In this document: one piece after another, positions 53,885 to 55,630 of the stretch
Numbering within the stretch: the stretch's first letter is position 1
Layout of the letters: each line of letters opens with the position of its first letter
DNA from: Thermococci archaeon
GTDB taxonomy: Archaea > Hadarchaeota > B88-G9
DNA: 55,630 nt
NCBI GenBank assembly: GCA_003660555.1
Contig: QMUK01000001.1
Span: 1-55,630, forward strand
Reading direction: 5' to 3'
Notes under the pieces: generated by a model
What the model was told of the DNA's origin: nothing
Databases searched by the model: none
Seen by the model: the letters and a program-made list of their open reading frames with translations, nothing else
Program-made: the position numbers and the translations under genes

Positions 53885-54533
53885 CTAGTCAAACGGGTGC
53901 AACGTGGTGAGCAGGAACAGAACGGAAATAATAATCGGACCGAGGATATAGCTCCAAAAGGCCTACGTGGCAAACCTTAGCTGGCCGTGCGCCATTGTCC
54001 TTCCATGAAGAAAAGAGGAACATGCCACAATGCCCATACCACGCCCAGTATCAGACTCGAGAAAAGGGCATTATACCTTGCTTGCAGACCATCCAATGCA
54101 TAACCACGCCAACTAAGCTCCTCAGGTCGCCAAAATTAAGATAAAGATTGCAAAATGGCAAAATTCTCCAAGGTTCAGACAGCAGGTTTTCAGCAGTTTC
54201 AAATTCTGGCAAAGGTGAATCCGAGAGTGTGTTCAATAAAATGGCAATGGCATGCACAACGGGAAAGATGAGTAAAAAACACTTCTTACCGATTCGCTTA
54301 ACATCAAATACACGCTGCCAGTAATCTCTCCACTGCTCTCTATCGTGAGTGCGAGAGATTAGTATGATTTCCGCAATTGCAGGGCCAAACAATCCAAAAG
54401 CACCAAAAAGAATTGCTGGAAATGTAAAAACATTCCAGCCTAGCAATATAACCCACATCCAGAAAAACCATGAAATGCCAAGGGCTAAAGCAAAAAATCT
54501 CCAGGGATTTGCTTTTGAGATTTTTACGCTCAT
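53885..54533 (-). pseudogene. CPBP-family (CAAX/Abi) intramembrane protease, frameshifted
   Basis: The N-terminal part is in frame (MSVKISKANPWRFFALALGISWFFW...). The catalytic motif appears only after a frameshift near 54128-54130 (FG/PEELSWRGYALDGLQARYNALFSSLILGVVWALWHVPLFFMEG). A further shift is needed for the last helix (YILGPIIISVLFLLTTLHPFD). ATGA overlap with the upstream paralogue. Confidence 0.55.
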
Positions 54534-55282
54534 GCCAACCCCCAGATGACATGCCACACCATATCTGTCCAGAAATGTATGCCAACTGGAGCAAGAAATC
54601 CAAATTTCCTGAAATAATAGGCAGCAAAAATTGAAAGAACTCCATTGAGAAGGATAATCTCGCTCAAAAGAGTAAATGGAAATTCACTAACAGCATTCAA
54701 CCCAAAAAGAATCATTACCGAAGGGATATGCCCAAAAGCAAATGCAAGAGCTGATAAGATTGCTATGATCCAGAAAATCTGATTTTGCCATCTCCTCTTT
54801 AGGATCACAAAGGAAATGAGCCATACCCAAAACGGGATGAAAAACAGGTGAAATATTATTTCTTCTCCAATACCAGCAATAGCTGATGTGACGAGAGAAG
54901 TAGGAAATGGTGGATGAGGAAGCGGCCCTAAGGTATGAAATCGGCTCAAGATGATATCGGCGAAGATGAAAAATACGCCGATGGCTATTCCAACGAGTGC
55001 AGGAATCAAGAATCTCTGTTTATTGGTAACTCTCGAATCCCAGATATCAGCAAAGCCGAGCTTTTGTGAAAGCTTTAATCCAATAAAGCCCAAGCCTCCG
55101 TAGAGAATAAGCATAATGACTGCATTCACAAAGGCAAGTACTGGTTTGGAAGCTGGAAGTTCTTGTGCTGGCAAAATTGATAGGAAAGAACCTTGAGGTA
55201 AGAAAACGTTAATCGCTGCTAAGATGGCAAGGATCATTATAAGACCAACATATATTTTGGCTGATAGAGATATTTCCTTCAT
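54530..55282 (-). CDS. CPBP-family (CAAX/Abi) intramembrane glutamic endopeptidase
   Basis: Motifs IAGIGEEIIFHLFF, ALAFAFGHIP, IHFWTDMVWH in a multi-TM protein. ATG at 55282 preceded by GGTGGAG and a TTTTATATGG element. Confidence 0.8.
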   Translation of the reverse strand: MKEISLSAKIYVGLIMILAILAAINVFLPQGSFLSILPAQELPASKPVLAFVNAVIMLILYGGLGFIGLKLSQKLGFADIWDSRVTNKQRFLIPALVGIAIGVFFIFADIILSRFHTLGPLPHPPFPTSLVTSAIAGIGEEIIFHLFFIPFWVWLISFVILKRRWQNQIFWIIAILSALAFAFGHIPSVMILFGLNAVSEFPFTLLSEIILLNGVLSIFAAYYFRKFGFLAPVGIHFWTDMVWHVIWGLA

Positions 55283-55630
55283 GGTTTCATCTCCACCCCG
55301 TGAATTCAAAACCATATAAAATTCTTTTCCAAAAGCGGCTTGGACATTTCACTCAACGCTTTGCGGATATGCGAAGCTCGTGGAGAGCTGGGTGGGTGAT
55401 AACGAATTATATACCCGCTGCTAGGCAGGTGATAGCCTCGAAGCGAGCGATAGCGAGCGGAAAGTTCACGGAGCCCCGCCGAGAAACTAAATTTGATTTT
55501 CTCTTATTATCAAAAAAACTATTGAAAGTATTAACCCTGTCGTATAGAGAGGAGAAATTATAAAGTAGAACGGAAAGAATAGGTTAGGTATCACAGAAAT
55601 GTTTGTGACTAAAACTTCGGTGAAATTGCA

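Noticed and set aside
55300-55563. 87-aa plus-strand ORF in the terminal non-coding region.
   Set aside because: It has no motif and no start context, and it crosses the CPBP promoter. The region looks like decayed or foreign non-coding DNA.
55599-55630. Possible gene start (ATG TTT GTG ACT AAA ...) running off the right edge.
   Set aside because: Only about 10 codons are visible, so it cannot be supported.
52442-55630. tRNA-Gln as an integration site for the compositionally odd right end. I searched by eye for a repeat of the tRNA 3' half.
   Set aside because: No direct repeat of the tRNA 3' segment was found. A host-like gene (52817-53401) separates the tRNA from the odd region. No integrase is present.
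1-55630. Scan for CRISPR arrays, rRNA genes, long tandem repeats, transposases and integrases.
   Set aside because: I saw no regularly spaced 25-40-nt repeats, no rRNA-like G+C-rich blocks, and no DDE, serine or tyrosine recombinase motifs in any listed ORF.

Overview
A 55.6-kb, very gene-dense archaeal chromosomal segment: about 60 protein genes and 3 tRNAs. I saw no rRNA, no CRISPR array and no intact transposase or integrase. Archaeal origin is inferred from four things: archaea-specific genes (tiaS, rpl10e, a crenarchaeal-type single-OB SSB, cyclic-2,3-diphosphoglycerate genes, Mvh/Hdr); a tRNA-Gln with a canonical bulge-helix-bulge intron; genomically encoded CCA ends; and A/T-rich TATA-like boxes about 21-28 nt upstream of tRNA 5' ends and of many first-gene start codons (leaderless architecture). 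GGAGG-type SD motifs appear mainly before internal operon genes. Coding strands are purine-rich with AGA/AGG/ATA codon preference, which produces many long spurious antisense ORFs in the six-frame track. Content from left to right: (1) 5'-truncated type IA topoisomerase and a small Lrp/AsnC-type protein. (2) A 3-gene envelope/cytoskeleton-like operon. (3) FAD oxidoreductase, XRE regulator, RCK K+ channel, tRNA(CAU), PhoU. (4) TPR protein, wHTH, ParA-like ATPase and a coiled-coil protein. (5) A 1328-aa thioester-type alpha-2-macroglobulin homologue, divergent from a membrane-tethered wHTH regulator. (6) hypA, hypC, hypF and a DUF1152-like gene. (7) Deacetylase-like gene, endonuclease V, cpgS and 2-phosphoglycerate kinase. 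(8) A 616-bp ORF-free spacer, then rpl10e. (9) A 13-gene plus-strand array: korDABG, hdrA, mvhDGA, endopeptidase, hdrCB, SdhB-like and SdhA-like genes. (10) tiaS with an RHH gene. (11) Two hypothetical envelope/polarity-like genes. (12) ssb, udg, amidohydrolase, solute symporter, M20 peptidase, thioesterase, tRNA-Gly, DUF362 Fe-S protein, TauE, Hsp20-like protein. (13) lplA plus a radical-SAM gene, then tRNA-Gln. (14) A right-hand end (from about 53.4 kb) with different codon usage, decayed vapBC-like and CPBP genes and one intact CPBP protease gene. The most unusual items are the archaeal thioester A2M with its divergent transmembrane regulator and phased repeats, the bactofilin-like/toroid operon, the fused kor-hdr-mvh-frd-like array, and the compositionally distinct decaying right end. 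All functional calls rest on motif recognition by eye. No database search was run.
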